From IMG/VR virus record IMGVR_UViG_3300042566_001780, positions 227,688-291,687 of that record: DNA of 64,000 nt. One strand, 5' to 3'. Below, one piece after another: positions 41,630-50,891 of this stretch; within the stretch, counting starts at the first letter, position 1, and each line of letters begins with the position of its first letter. Below the pieces are notes generated by a model. That model searched no databases, was not told where the DNA came from, and saw only the letters and a list, made by a program, of their open reading frames with translations. The position numbers were made by a program, and so were the translations under genes.

Positions 41630-42967
41630 AACCAATAGCTTATAGATTCCAAATCAAATCTGGTGATTCATGGCAAACTTATCATGCTTCAAATTTGCCA
41701 AAGAATGTCATTCTCAGCAATGTTGTGCCATTATTTGAAAAACCTGTATTTGATCAAGCTTTTCTGAGAACGGTGTTTGAATCTAGTTTGAATTTCAATG
41801 ATTTCTATTCTCAGTTATGTAGCATTCAAATAATGGATCAAGAGCCAGGGGACATCGTGAATAGGCTACTTGCTAGAGCAGCTATTCGAAGGCAAATTTC
41901 TTCAAGAAAAAGCGTTGAGCTCAATGAAAAAGATCGTATTGCAGATCTTCTTGAGGAAGCAGCACATGAAATTATGAAGTTAAGAGGAAAATGACATGAG
42001 CAACAGCCTATCGGCTTTTTTAAAAGATCTTGCGGACTACACAAAAAGATTTATTTTCATGGGCAACAGCGATTATGCAAAGCAAATTATTGAATCAATC
42101 GAAGAACTAAAAAGCCAAGTTGTAGCTCTTTCTAAGCCGAGCCTATTTGCAATTTGCAAACTAAAAGTAGAAAATTCTGCTCAAGAAAAACAAGCATTTG
42201 AGTCGTGGGTGAAGTCAGTTTCGGGAGAAAGTGCTGATTTTTCAACAGATGAAACTGGAAATTATCAGCATCCCGAAATGTATGCTGCTTGGTTAGCGTG
42301 GAACGCAAGAGTGACACAGCAAAACTATGTTAAAATTCCCTATGCAAAGCTAAAGCTTAAATCCATTGACAATGGAATGCCGGACTGCCCGCATTGCGGA
42401 AACAATCGTCAAGTTTGGCGAAATCAGATTACGAACAAGCTCACATGTCACCGTGCATATTGCAACACTGTCATTGAAGAAATGGAAACAAAATGATCAA
42501 GTCTTTTACTCTGAAGCAAATTCCTTCCCATGTTGATCTGGAGCCAGGTGTTACGGTCTACGAGTCTGCTAAGTACGATTATGGTTTGGCAAGTGATGAC
42601 AGTCGATTCACCGGCATTCATCATGTTTCAGTGACTCTTGATCCAACTGGTGACTATCCATTTTTTACGGTTCCTGCACATTTCTTGGAGCCGATTGAGA
42701 ATGTCACAACCTAATTGCCTGCATATTCTTCAGGTTGGCAGATCTTTTGTGGCACTCAAAGATAGTGCTTCTGCAAATCGCTATATAGACCATTATGGAC
42801 TGTCAAAACAAGCAGTCCATCTTGGATGCAAAGAAGTCCATCAATCCTACATTGACATTTTTGAAAAGTGTAAAGTTGATAGAATTGGCTTTGAGCATCT
42901 AGGTCTTTTGCTGCAACCCTCATTTACACCGTTTTTCAAACATGTCCCAACAACCAAAAGTAACTGA
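41626..42967 (+). other. Four small hypothetical ORFs (41626-41994, 41996-42496, 42493-42714, 42701-42967)
   Basis: Coupled ORFs; 41996 ends in a CPHC..C....C zinc ribbon. Confidence 0.55.
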
Positions 42968-44714
42968 CTACGCCGTTCTTGATGAGATTGAACACGTACG
43001 CCGTCGTACTGGCATGTACGCGGGTTCTACTGAACTGCAAACAGCTTCGGACTGGATTTATGATCCTAATCTAAAGAAGATGGTCAAGAAGCAGGTGAGT
43101 TACATTCCTGCTCTTATCAAAATTTTCTCAGAAATTCTCGATAATGCAATCGATGAACACCGTCGTGCTCCAAACGTGCTTGATGCTATTCGGGTAGATT
43201 TCACTGCAGAAGGCATTATCACAATCACTGATAATGGTCGCGGTATTCCAGTTGAAGTCCATCCGCAAACTGGAAAATATATTGCAGAAACTGTGTTCAC
43301 GACGCTGCGTGCAGGTTCTAACTTTGACGATACAAAAGATCAACAACTTGTTGGCACCAATGGCGTTGGTAGTACACTGACATCTATCTTGTCTACCATG
43401 TTTCGCATCGAATCATGTGATGGCAAGAAGGTGTACACGCAAGAATTTAGAAATGGTCTTCGGGAGCGTGATGAACCGAAGATCAAATCTGACAACAAGA
43501 ATCGTACGAAAATTACATTCAAGCCAGATTACGAATTCTTCAAGTTGAAAGGTTTGGACGCCGATCATGCAATGAAGATGACCAAGAAGATTGCAGATGC
43601 CGCTGCATGTAACCCGGGTGTAAAGTTCTACATTAACGGTGATCGAATTGCTGTTAAGGATTTTGGTGACTACATTTCACTATACACTGATGAGTTTGTG
43701 TATGACGATACTCCTGATTGGAAGGTTGGCATCTCTCATTCTGATGGATTTGAGCAAATTAGCTTTGTCAACTCGGTTGAAACATACCAAGGTGGTACAC
43801 ATGTAGCATACGTAATGGATCAAATTGTTGAAGCCATTCGAGCATATATCAAGAAAAAACATAAGGTAGAAGTAAAGCCTGCTGACATCCGCAATCATAT
43901 GCGGGTGTATATTAGTGCCAACGTGAATCGGCCTAAGTTTTCTTCTCAAACAAAAGAGAATATGATTTCTCAATATGGAACTTACAAGACTTCTTGGGAA
44001 GTTCCTGATAAGATGATTCAGAAGCTGCTGAAGTCGCCAATTATTCAATCTGTGCTTGATTGGGTAGAAGCGAAGCAGAAAGCTGCAGAACTTGCAGAAT
44101 TGCGTAAACTCAACAAAGAAGCGGCAAAAGCAAATCCGCGTCGAGTTGAAAAGTTTGATGACGCCATTGAAAAAGTCAATAGGCACCAGTGCCAGATTTT
44201 TTTTACGGAGGGGGACTGCCTTTTTGAGGACACTTTGATTTATTCTCAAGGCAATGGGAATATTAAAATTAAAGATTTGCAAATAGGTGATTTTGTCCTA
44301 ACTCACCAAAACAATTTCAAACAAATAGTTAACAAAACTACTAAGTTAAAAGAGTGTATAAAATTTTGTCTGGAGGATAATAAAATTTTAATTTGTTCAA
44401 AAGAACATAAAATGTTATGTTATTCTAGAAATGACAAATGTTTTGGCTGGGCAACAGCTGAATACATAGCAAATAATCTAGATTCTTTCTATTTGGTAGA
44501 AAATGAGATAATTTCCAAAAGATGCATGGGGGACGAGCTAATAAGTAAGAACCTCCATGATAACGAATTTATTTTAGAATTTGGCAGTGGCCAAACATGG
44601 GAATCTTCACCCAACCACAGGTGGATGGTTTATCAATTAAAAACAAATAGTTTTGTAGTAGTGTCTACAGAAGATATGGAACTTGGCGATATGTTGTTAA
44701 TGAGTATGTCATAA
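42942..44714 (+). CDS. DNA topoisomerase II large subunit, fragment 1 (GHKL ATPase + start of TOPRIM) fused to N-intein
   Basis: EHVRRRTGMYAGS, EILDNAIDE, DNGRGIP, GTNGVG, FFTEGD|CLFEDT (intein Cys1 at 44217). Confidence 0.93.
   Translation: MSQQPKVTDYAVLDEIEHVRRRTGMYAGSTELQTASDWIYDPNLKKMVKKQVSYIPALIKIFSEILDNAIDEHRRAPNVLDAIRVDFTAEGIITITDNGRGIPVEVHPQTGKYIAETVFTTLRAGSNFDDTKDQQLVGTNGVGSTLTSILSTMFRIESCDGKKVYTQEFRNGLRERDEPKIKSDNKNRTKITFKPDYEFFKLKGLDADHAMKMTKKIADAAACNPGVKFYINGDRIAVKDFGDYISLYTDEFVYDDTPDWKVGISHSDGFEQISFVNSVETYQGGTHVAYVMDQIVEAIRAYIKKKHKVEVKPADIRNHMRVYISANVNRPKFSSQTKENMISQYGTYKTSWEVPDKMIQKLLKSPIIQSVLDWVEAKQKAAELAELRKLNKEAAKANPRRVEKFDDAIEKVNRHQCQIFFTEGDCLFEDTLIYSQGNGNIKIKDLQIGDFVLTHQNNFKQIVNKTTKLKECIKFCLEDNKILICSKEHKMLCYSRNDKCFGWATAEYIANNLDSFYLVENEIISKRCMGDELISKNLHDNEFILEFGSGQTWESSPNHRWMVYQLKTNSFVVVSTEDMELGDMLLMSMS
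44217..44711 (+). mobile_element. Split intein, N-terminal half (165 aa)
   Basis: CL..DT.I, IKIKDLQIGDFV, block-B-like S.EH / S..NH motifs, then a stop codon. Confidence 0.88.
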
Positions 44715-44722
44715 AAATAGCG

Positions 44723-44779
44723 CATTTTTTGTCTCCTTCTATAAATATGAATATATTTTACTGAAGGAGACAAAAAATG
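44723..44779 (+). promoter_or_regulatory. Late promoter TATAAATA (44740-44747) inside a 17-bp inverted repeat that masks the endonuclease RBS and ATG
   Basis: CATTTTTTGTCTCCTTC (44723-44739) is the exact reverse complement of GAAGGAGACAAAAAATG (44763-44779). Confidence 0.85.
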
Positions 44780-45886
44780 TCCATGAAACATAACTTTACT
44801 TTTATTGATACCGATCTTCAAAATCCAATTAATTTTGGAATTAATGAAATTACCCAAAAGAATTTAAACAAATCTATATCTTCCAAGTTTAAAAGAATTC
44901 TTAAAAAAGACTTTATTGATTTTCTATTAGCAAAAGTACCTATAGATAAAAAAATATTTTGCAATTGGTGCGGGCGGCCAAATGTAACATGTAAAGGCAT
45001 TTATGGTATAGATTTTTCTAATATGACAGTATCTCTTATGGATATTGAATACTCCAAAAAGTTACACTGTTGTTATGGAACCACAGAATGTCAAAGTAAA
45101 AAATTAAACCCTAATTCTATAGAATTTGTTTCTAAATCAAGAAATTTGTCATTAGAAGAGGCGCGCGAATACATTCTGAATAGAAATAAATCTCCATTCT
45201 ACAGCAGAAATCATAAAACTTTAGATGATTACAAAAAATATCAAGGATCTAGATGCTTTTCAGATGATGTAGAAAGAAATAAAGAGATAATTAATAAACA
45301 AAATTTTTCAAGAAGTTTAGATGGATTTAAGGAAAAATATGGTCCTATTGAAGGACAACAAAAATATGATCTATATCAATCCAAAAAAGCCATAACTTTA
45401 GAAAATCTTATTAAAAAGTATGATGATCCAAAAGTTGCAGAAGAAAAACTTTTATCTTGGAAAAGATCAACATCTTTGACATTGGAAAATTGTATTAGAA
45501 GACATGGACCAGTAGAAGGGCCTAAGTACTATAAAAAATCCGTTGAAAATGGCGGGCTATATAGTACAATAACTTTTGCATATGACGGGTCTGCGTTAAG
45601 GAGTAATAATGAAAGAAAGTTTTATGAATTACTGCTAGTTGCAGGTATCCCTAAAGAAGAAATATTGATAGATAATTGCTATCCAGAAAGTGCATTGCGA
45701 TATGATTTTTTTATAAAATGCTTAGGCATTTTTATAGAGATAGCTGGTATGAATGATGATCAATATAACGAGAAAATGATTCTAAAAAATAAAATATTCA
45801 ATGCATGGATAGTAAGACCGTTAGAGATTGATAAAGCAGCAACTAAAATAATAGAGTATTACAATTTTTTAAAAGAAGAGAAATGA
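44777..45886 (+). CDS. Free-standing putative homing endonuclease (C-terminal PD-(D/E)XK-like domain)
   Basis: Very AT-rich; KYG..EG..KY repeats; C-terminal RS..E...YDF....IFIE..G; lies between the intein halves. Confidence 0.72.
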   Translation: MSMKHNFTFIDTDLQNPINFGINEITQKNLNKSISSKFKRILKKDFIDFLLAKVPIDKKIFCNWCGRPNVTCKGIYGIDFSNMTVSLMDIEYSKKLHCCYGTTECQSKKLNPNSIEFVSKSRNLSLEEAREYILNRNKSPFYSRNHKTLDDYKKYQGSRCFSDDVERNKEIINKQNFSRSLDGFKEKYGPIEGQQKYDLYQSKKAITLENLIKKYDDPKVAEEKLLSWKRSTSLTLENCIRRHGPVEGPKYYKKSVENGGLYSTITFAYDGSALRSNNERKFYELLLVAGIPKEEILIDNCYPESALRYDFFIKCLGIFIEIAGMNDDQYNEKMILKNKIFNAWIVRPLEIDKAATKIIEYYNFLKEEK

Positions 45887-45887
45887 T

Positions 45888-46331
45888 ATGTTTGAGAAAC
45901 TTCTGGATGATTTTGAAACTATTGGGAAAAGATTGGTCAAAATTAATGCTGTAGACTTTGCAGGTCTTGCCAATACAGTTGATATTGAGGTTGAAGATGA
46001 TAATTCATTTACCCTATCAAACGGCCTCATTTCTCATAATTCTGCCCGCTCTTCCATTCAGGCTGCTCGCGGTAAAAACAAGTTTATTGGATCTTTTTCT
46101 CTTCGGGGCAAGCCGCTTAATGTATATGATGCCGAAATTAAGGATGTGATTGCAAATGCTGAATTTGCAAACATGCTTGCTGTTACAGGATTGCAACTTG
46201 GAGAAAAAGTTGAAGCTGAGTCTGATGGAAATTGGCACATCATTGAAATTGACGGTAAAGACGTATTGGTTAATGAAAATGATTTTATTAACATTAACGG
46301 TGATCTTATTAAGGTTAAAAATTTGATCTAG
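45888..46331 (+). CDS. C-intein (51 aa) + topoisomerase II large subunit, fragment 2
   Basis: VDIEVEDDNSFTLSNGLISHN|SARS (Ser+1 at 46041), then LRGKPLNV...TGLQLGE. Confidence 0.92.
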   Translation: MFEKLLDDFETIGKRLVKINAVDFAGLANTVDIEVEDDNSFTLSNGLISHNSARSSIQAARGKNKFIGSFSLRGKPLNVYDAEIKDVIANAEFANMLAVTGLQLGEKVEAESDGNWHIIEIDGKDVLVNENDFININGDLIKVKNLI

Positions 46332-46373
46332 ACTTTGACGGTTATTGCTAAATACATTTTTGAAAGGATAAAA

Positions 46374-47423
46374 ATGAAATGTACTTTATGCAATAATGAA
46401 ATACCAAGCATCTATAAAAATAGAATTGCATGTTGTATTAGTCCGTGTGAGTCATTTTTCATAAAACCAAGAACAATATTATGGAAAATAAAAGTATTGG
46501 GCTTCAATGAACAAAAAGTCCTAGATGAAAACCGTAAAAGAACGCAAAAAGCTGGAAATACGAGAAAATCATTGGGGCTTTCTAAAGGTGCAAATAATCC
46601 AAATAGCAAACAATATTTGTTAAATCTAGGTAAGAGTGAAGATGAAATAGCACAATTTCATAAATCTACTGCCAAAAAAATGGTGGATACAAAAATAAAA
46701 GATGACTTTTATAAGGTAAAATCTAATAATCCATATTCTTATGAATACTGGATATCTCGCGGATATTCAAATGAAGAAGCTAAAAATAAAATAAGATCTA
46801 AAAATCATAATTGTGCCGAATACTGGATATCTCGCGGATATTCAAATGAAGAAGCTAAAAAACTAAGTTCAGAAAGTGCTGATACTAATTCATTAAAAGC
46901 AAAAATCAAAAGACATAAAAATGAAGGTCATAAAAAATATATGGAAACAAAAAATAAAATGTCTGGTAGTTGGAATCCAAAATCTGCAAATAGTGTTAGT
47001 TTTTCATCTTCACAATCAGCAAATGCCTTTTTTAAGAAAATATATAAATTTGTTAGGCGGTTGGGTTTCACTAGACATGAGATGACGTTTAAATTAAATT
47101 TCGGTAAAGAATTTTGGATTAAAAAAGATAAAAAAATTTATTTTTATGATTTTGTTTTGCACCCCCTAAGATTGATAGTAGAATTCAACGGCGAACATGT
47201 TCATGTTGATCCTGGTTTATCTTTAGAAGAAAAATTAAAATGGAAACACGCGTTTTCTAAAATGGATGCTTTTAGTATTGAAGAATATGATAAGCAAAAA
47301 AATATAGCAGCTGCTGCTAGAGGGTATAAAATAATTTATGTCTGGTATAAAGATCAGGAATCTGGATTTAATTCTATTGTTGATTTTTTAAAGGAAAAAT
47401 ATAATCATGGTACAAAAGATTAA
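46374..47423 (+). CDS. Free-standing putative homing endonuclease (Vsr/DUF559-like C-terminus)
   Basis: YDF......IVEFNGEHVH ... D..K...A...GY.IIYVW; YW.SRGYS.EEAK repeats; CTAAATA at 46348-46354. Confidence 0.75.
   Translation: MKCTLCNNEIPSIYKNRIACCISPCESFFIKPRTILWKIKVLGFNEQKVLDENRKRTQKAGNTRKSLGLSKGANNPNSKQYLLNLGKSEDEIAQFHKSTAKKMVDTKIKDDFYKVKSNNPYSYEYWISRGYSNEEAKNKIRSKNHNCAEYWISRGYSNEEAKKLSSESADTNSLKAKIKRHKNEGHKKYMETKNKMSGSWNPKSANSVSFSSSQSANAFFKKIYKFVRRLGFTRHEMTFKLNFGKEFWIKKDKKIYFYDFVLHPLRLIVEFNGEHVHVDPGLSLEEKLKWKHAFSKMDAFSIEEYDKQKNIAAAARGYKIIYVWYKDQESGFNSIVDFLKEKYNHGTKD
46743..46861 (+). repeat. 44-bp perfect direct repeat (46743-46786, 46818-46861)
   Basis: GAATACTGGATATCTCGCGGATATTCAAATGAAGAAGCTAAAAA twice, encoding EYWISRGYSNEEAK. 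Confidence 0.9.
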
Positions 47424-47990
47424 AGTTAAAGCAAAAAATGTTAAGCCAACTCCCGATCAACTGCGAACTTATGTTCAGCAACAAGGACGTTTGACGACTC
47501 GAAATACGAATTTGCGTTTTGGTAAACTGATTGTGCTATCAGACCAAGACCTTGATGGATAGCTTCGGCTATCCATATTACATACACATTTAAAGAGTTA
47601 TTTGGATTTCATGTTTCTTCACTGCTGCTTTCCTTTTGGGCGAAGTACTGGCCAGAGTTGTTCAAACTCGGCATGGTATATCGGATGAACACTCCGCTTT
47701 ATATTGTCAAAACCAATAAGGGCGAACTTTTAGAATTCTTCACTGAAGAAGATTATGAGCGCTGGGCAGCAAAGGGTATCAAACATAAAGCTGACTATTA
47801 CAAAGGTCTTGGCGGTTTTGATACGGAAACTTTTGAGCGATTTATTGAGAATCTTGATAAGTATCTTGTTAAAATTACAGAGCTTGAAGCCCAAGACCTT
47901 GCAAAAATTGAGCTAGCTTTCTCTAACAAAGAGCAAGATGCTCGCAAAGAGTGGCTTGAGGATATTCGATACTTTGAAATTGAAGATTGA
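47407..47990 (+). CDS. Topoisomerase II large subunit, fragment 3 (T4 gp60-like), decoded by a 47-nt translational bypass: join(47407..47559,47607..47990)
   Basis: MVQKIKVKAK...LRFGKLIVLSDQDLDG-TAG, resuming in another frame as FHVSSLLLSFWAKYWPELF...YYKGLG...RKEWL. This restores the DxDxDGxH TOPRIM motif. Confidence 0.9.
47555..47606 (+). promoter_or_regulatory. Ribosome bypass signal (take-off hairpin, coding gap, mini-SD, landing codon)
   Basis: ATGGATAGC-TTCG-GCTATCCAT stem-loop; GAG 47595-47597; GGA 47604-47606. Confidence 0.88.
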
Positions 47991-47995
47991 AAATT

Positions 47996-49336
47996 ATGCT
48001 AAAAACAGAATCAACTGCAACAGAATTTATTGACGAAAAGCTTCGTCTTTACTCTGCTCACTCCAACATTCGAGGTATACCATTTATTGGAGACGGCTTC
48101 AAACAAGCTCACCGAAAGGCTGTTTGGGGTATGCTTAAACGTGGTGAAAATGCCGACAAAGATACTATTGAAAGAATTTCCGCAAGGTCCGCCAGTGACA
48201 CAAACTACGCGCATGGCGTAGGCTCACTTGAAGGCACAATGGTTGGACTGGCGCAGGATTATGCTGGCAGCAACAATATTCCATTGTTTGAAAAGTTTGG
48301 TCAATTTGGTGATCGTCTCAACAAAAAGCCTGCAGCCTCTCGCTACATTAAAGCAAAGCTTGCACCTTACTTTCGTCAGCTTTTCCGCAAAGAAGATGAT
48401 CTCATTTTCGAGTTCATGACTTCAAATGGAATGGAAGTTGAGCCAAAATACTTTACTCCTCTTTTGCCACTTGTTCTGGTAAACGGAGCTGAAGGTATGG
48501 GTACAGGTCATAGCACCTATATTATGGCCTATAATCCAGAAGAGATTAAAACCAACATCATTAAGCTGCTTGATGGCAAGAAACTTAAACCCAACACAAT
48601 GCTTCCATGGTGGAAGGGGTTTAATGGTTCTGTTAGCCGTAATCCAGAAACTAGTCAACTTGAAATTACAGGTTGTTACAACATTAAGGATGGGCGTACA
48701 CCAATTTTGACTGTTACTGAGCTTCCTATCGGCATCCAAAGTGATCAATACAAAGCTCATTTGGACAAGCTTGAAGATCGTGGAATTATTCTCAGTTACG
48801 ATAATCTTTCTGACAAGCGCGGTTTTGAATTCGTTATTCGGATTCCAAAATCCACTGCAGAAAAAACTGATGAAGAAATTAAAAAGCTCTTCAAACTGGC
48901 ATCAAAAGAAACAGAGAACTTGACTGTTTGGGATGGTGATGGTGTCCTTAAACGGTATGAAAATGTCGAGTCACTTCTTGAAGAATGGGTTGAATGGCGT
49001 GTTGCGCGATTTGAGGATCGTCGCCAAGCTCTAATGAAAAAGACCAAAGAAGACATTCTTTGGGCAAGTGAAAAATACAAGTTCATTATTTTCTATCTGA
49101 AGAATGTCAACTTCTTCCGTGATAATGAAACTAAAGTAATTGTTGAGAGGCTTCAAACTGAAGGTTTTACCCGCATTGAAGATCTTCTAAGCATGCCAAT
49201 GCGATCACTCACTAAGCAAAAGATTGAAGAACTCAAGAATGAAGTTGAAAAACTGAAAGTCATTTTGAATGATCTTGAAAATGACAATGCAACTTCAATG
49301 TTTAAACGAGATCTCAAAGAGTTGAAAATAGCATGA
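47996..49336 (+). CDS. DNA topoisomerase II medium subunit (T4 gp52/GyrA-like)
   Basis: DGFKQAHRK, YAHG..SL, AASRYI (catalytic Tyr), LVNGAEGMGTG, ELPIG. Confidence 0.93.
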   Translation: MLKTESTATEFIDEKLRLYSAHSNIRGIPFIGDGFKQAHRKAVWGMLKRGENADKDTIERISARSASDTNYAHGVGSLEGTMVGLAQDYAGSNNIPLFEKFGQFGDRLNKKPAASRYIKAKLAPYFRQLFRKEDDLIFEFMTSNGMEVEPKYFTPLLPLVLVNGAEGMGTGHSTYIMAYNPEEIKTNIIKLLDGKKLKPNTMLPWWKGFNGSVSRNPETSQLEITGCYNIKDGRTPILTVTELPIGIQSDQYKAHLDKLEDRGIILSYDNLSDKRGFEFVIRIPKSTAEKTDEEIKKLFKLASKETENLTVWDGDGVLKRYENVESLLEEWVEWRVARFEDRRQALMKKTKEDILWASEKYKFIIFYLKNVNFFRDNETKVIVERLQTEGFTRIEDLLSMPMRSLTKQKIEELKNEVEKLKVILNDLENDNATSMFKRDLKELKIA

Positions 49337-49496
49337 TCACTATTTGTATAGATGAAGTGAATGACCCAAAAAGCTTTAGCATTTCTAAAGATGGCATGGT
49401 AAAATCTATTTCTGCAGAAATGGACAAATTGCAATTTCTGATTAGCATTCTATCTGCACTGAAATTGGATTTTGAAGTAATTCACTCTAATTGAAA

Positions 49497-49532
49497 TTCT
49501 CCAGTTTTTTCTGCGCCAGAAAAAACTGGAGA
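49497..49532. terminator. Long hairpin TCTCCAGTTTTTTCTG-CGC-CAGAAAAAACTGGAGA
   Basis: About 16-bp inverted repeat between gp52 and the J-domain gene. Confidence 0.55.
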
Positions 49533-49555
49533 CAAATAAAATAGCAAAAAATCTT

Positions 49556-50380
49556 ATGAATGCTTATGAAACGCTAGGTGTCAAACCTGGGACTTCTGCT
49601 GATGATGTCAAAAAGGCATATCGCAAACTTGCTCAAAAATACCATCCCGACAAATATCAAGATGGTCCTGAGAAAATAGAAGCAGAAAAGAAATTCAAAG
49701 AGATTCAAGCTGCATATGAAGAGGTCACAAACCCAAAGCAGCAAAAGAATATGTGGGGGCATGGAAACCCCAATGGCTTTACCGAAATGGATGATATTAT
49801 TCGTGCATTTCGTGAAGCGCATGAAGGTAATTTTCACCAGCGCCGATCAGTCCCAATGATCAACATTCGGCTGTCTCTTAAAGAGGCATTCGAAGGTAAA
49901 AAGATTATGTTGAATATTGATGGAAATAGCATCAATTATCAGATTCGGCCAGGTCTACCATCCGGTGTAGGCTTCATGGATGAAGTGCCTGTTGGTGATG
50001 GTAAAAAGCAAATCAATGTTCGAATTGATATTGTCGACCAAAAGTTTGCATTCAGGCAAATTGGATCTTTTGATGGTATCAATTTTAGCGGCGATCTTGA
50101 AACCGTCATTGATGTTGATGCACTTGATATTCTGTCTGGAAGCTGGATTGAAGTTCAGGATTTCCTTGGAGAAAAGCTTCAAGTGCGAGTACCAAGCGGG
50201 TTCAATGGTGGGCAGATGCTGAAAGTAGCTAATAAAGGTTACTACAACTGGAAGGGTCAAGGATATACAGATCGCGGCCATATGTTTCTTCATGTGCGCC
50301 CGGTCTTCAAAGCAAAGCATGAAATCAATAAAGATAAACTGAAGAAGCTTTATGACGAAGTCTGCGGTGCAAATGCCTAA
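49556..50380 (+). CDS. DnaJ/CbpA-like co-chaperone
   Basis: J domain with HPD; C-terminal DnaJ_C-like region; no zinc finger. Confidence 0.88.
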   Translation: MNAYETLGVKPGTSADDVKKAYRKLAQKYHPDKYQDGPEKIEAEKKFKEIQAAYEEVTNPKQQKNMWGHGNPNGFTEMDDIIRAFREAHEGNFHQRRSVPMINIRLSLKEAFEGKKIMLNIDGNSINYQIRPGLPSGVGFMDEVPVGDGKKQINVRIDIVDQKFAFRQIGSFDGINFSGDLETVIDVDALDILSGSWIEVQDFLGEKLQVRVPSGFNGGQMLKVANKGYYNWKGQGYTDRGHMFLHVRPVFKAKHEINKDKLKKLYDEVCGANA

Positions 50381-50891
50381 TGACATTTCAGGTATTTCTT
50401 TTTCGCAAAAGAAATTGGTGAAAGTTATTTCTGGAGGTCAGACTGGTGTAGACCAAGCTGGTCTTTTTGCCGCTATTTCTTGCGGATTGGAAACCGGTGG
50501 GCAAGCTCCTGAAAACTATTTAACCAGTGCAGGCAATTTCCCAATGTTAGAATTATTTGGATTGACTGCCGATGGAAATTACTATGAGCGCACTGGGGCT
50601 AATGTCAAAAATTCCGATGGTACTATCATTATTGCGGAAGATTTGACCTCTGCAGGTTCTAGCGCCACAAGGCGCTTTTGCGCTCGAATAAATAAACCAT
50701 GCTTAGAAATCGAATTACAAAATTTGACCTTCACTACAGCTCATGTGATTGAAATTTGCGAATTCATCACTGCTAAAGAAATTTCAATTTTGAACGTCGC
50801 CGGGAATCGAGAGCGCTACAAAAATAATGCAGTTTTTTCTTGCGCAAAAAAATTGTTGACAGAAGTTTTCACCACACTTAAGCAATTATGA
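50373..50891 (+). CDS. SLOG / putative molybdenum-carrier-like protein
   Basis: [31 protein letters not shown]. Confidence 0.82.
   Translation: MPNDISGISFSQKKLVKVISGGQTGVDQAGLFAAISCGLETGGQAPENYLTSAGNFPMLELFGLTADGNYYERTGANVKNSDGTIIIAEDLTSAGSSATRRFCARINKPCLEIELQNLTFTTAHVIEICEFITAKEISILNVAGNRERYKNNAVFSCAKKLLTEVFTTLKQL

Noticed and set aside
44714-47406. Group I/II introns interrupting the topoisomerase gene
   Set aside because: Spacers around the endonuclease ORFs are only a few to about 60 nt, leaving no room for a ribozyme core; intein motifs and separate starts explain the breaks
47560-47562. TAG inside the topoisomerase gene as stop-codon reassignment or readthrough
   Set aside because: The coding sequence resumes in a different frame 47 nt later; other genes are intact under the standard code, and TAG ends ORF 45888-46331
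47658-47990. ORF-track start at TTG 47658
   Set aside because: No RBS; conserved sequence extends 17 codons upstream to the landing GGA
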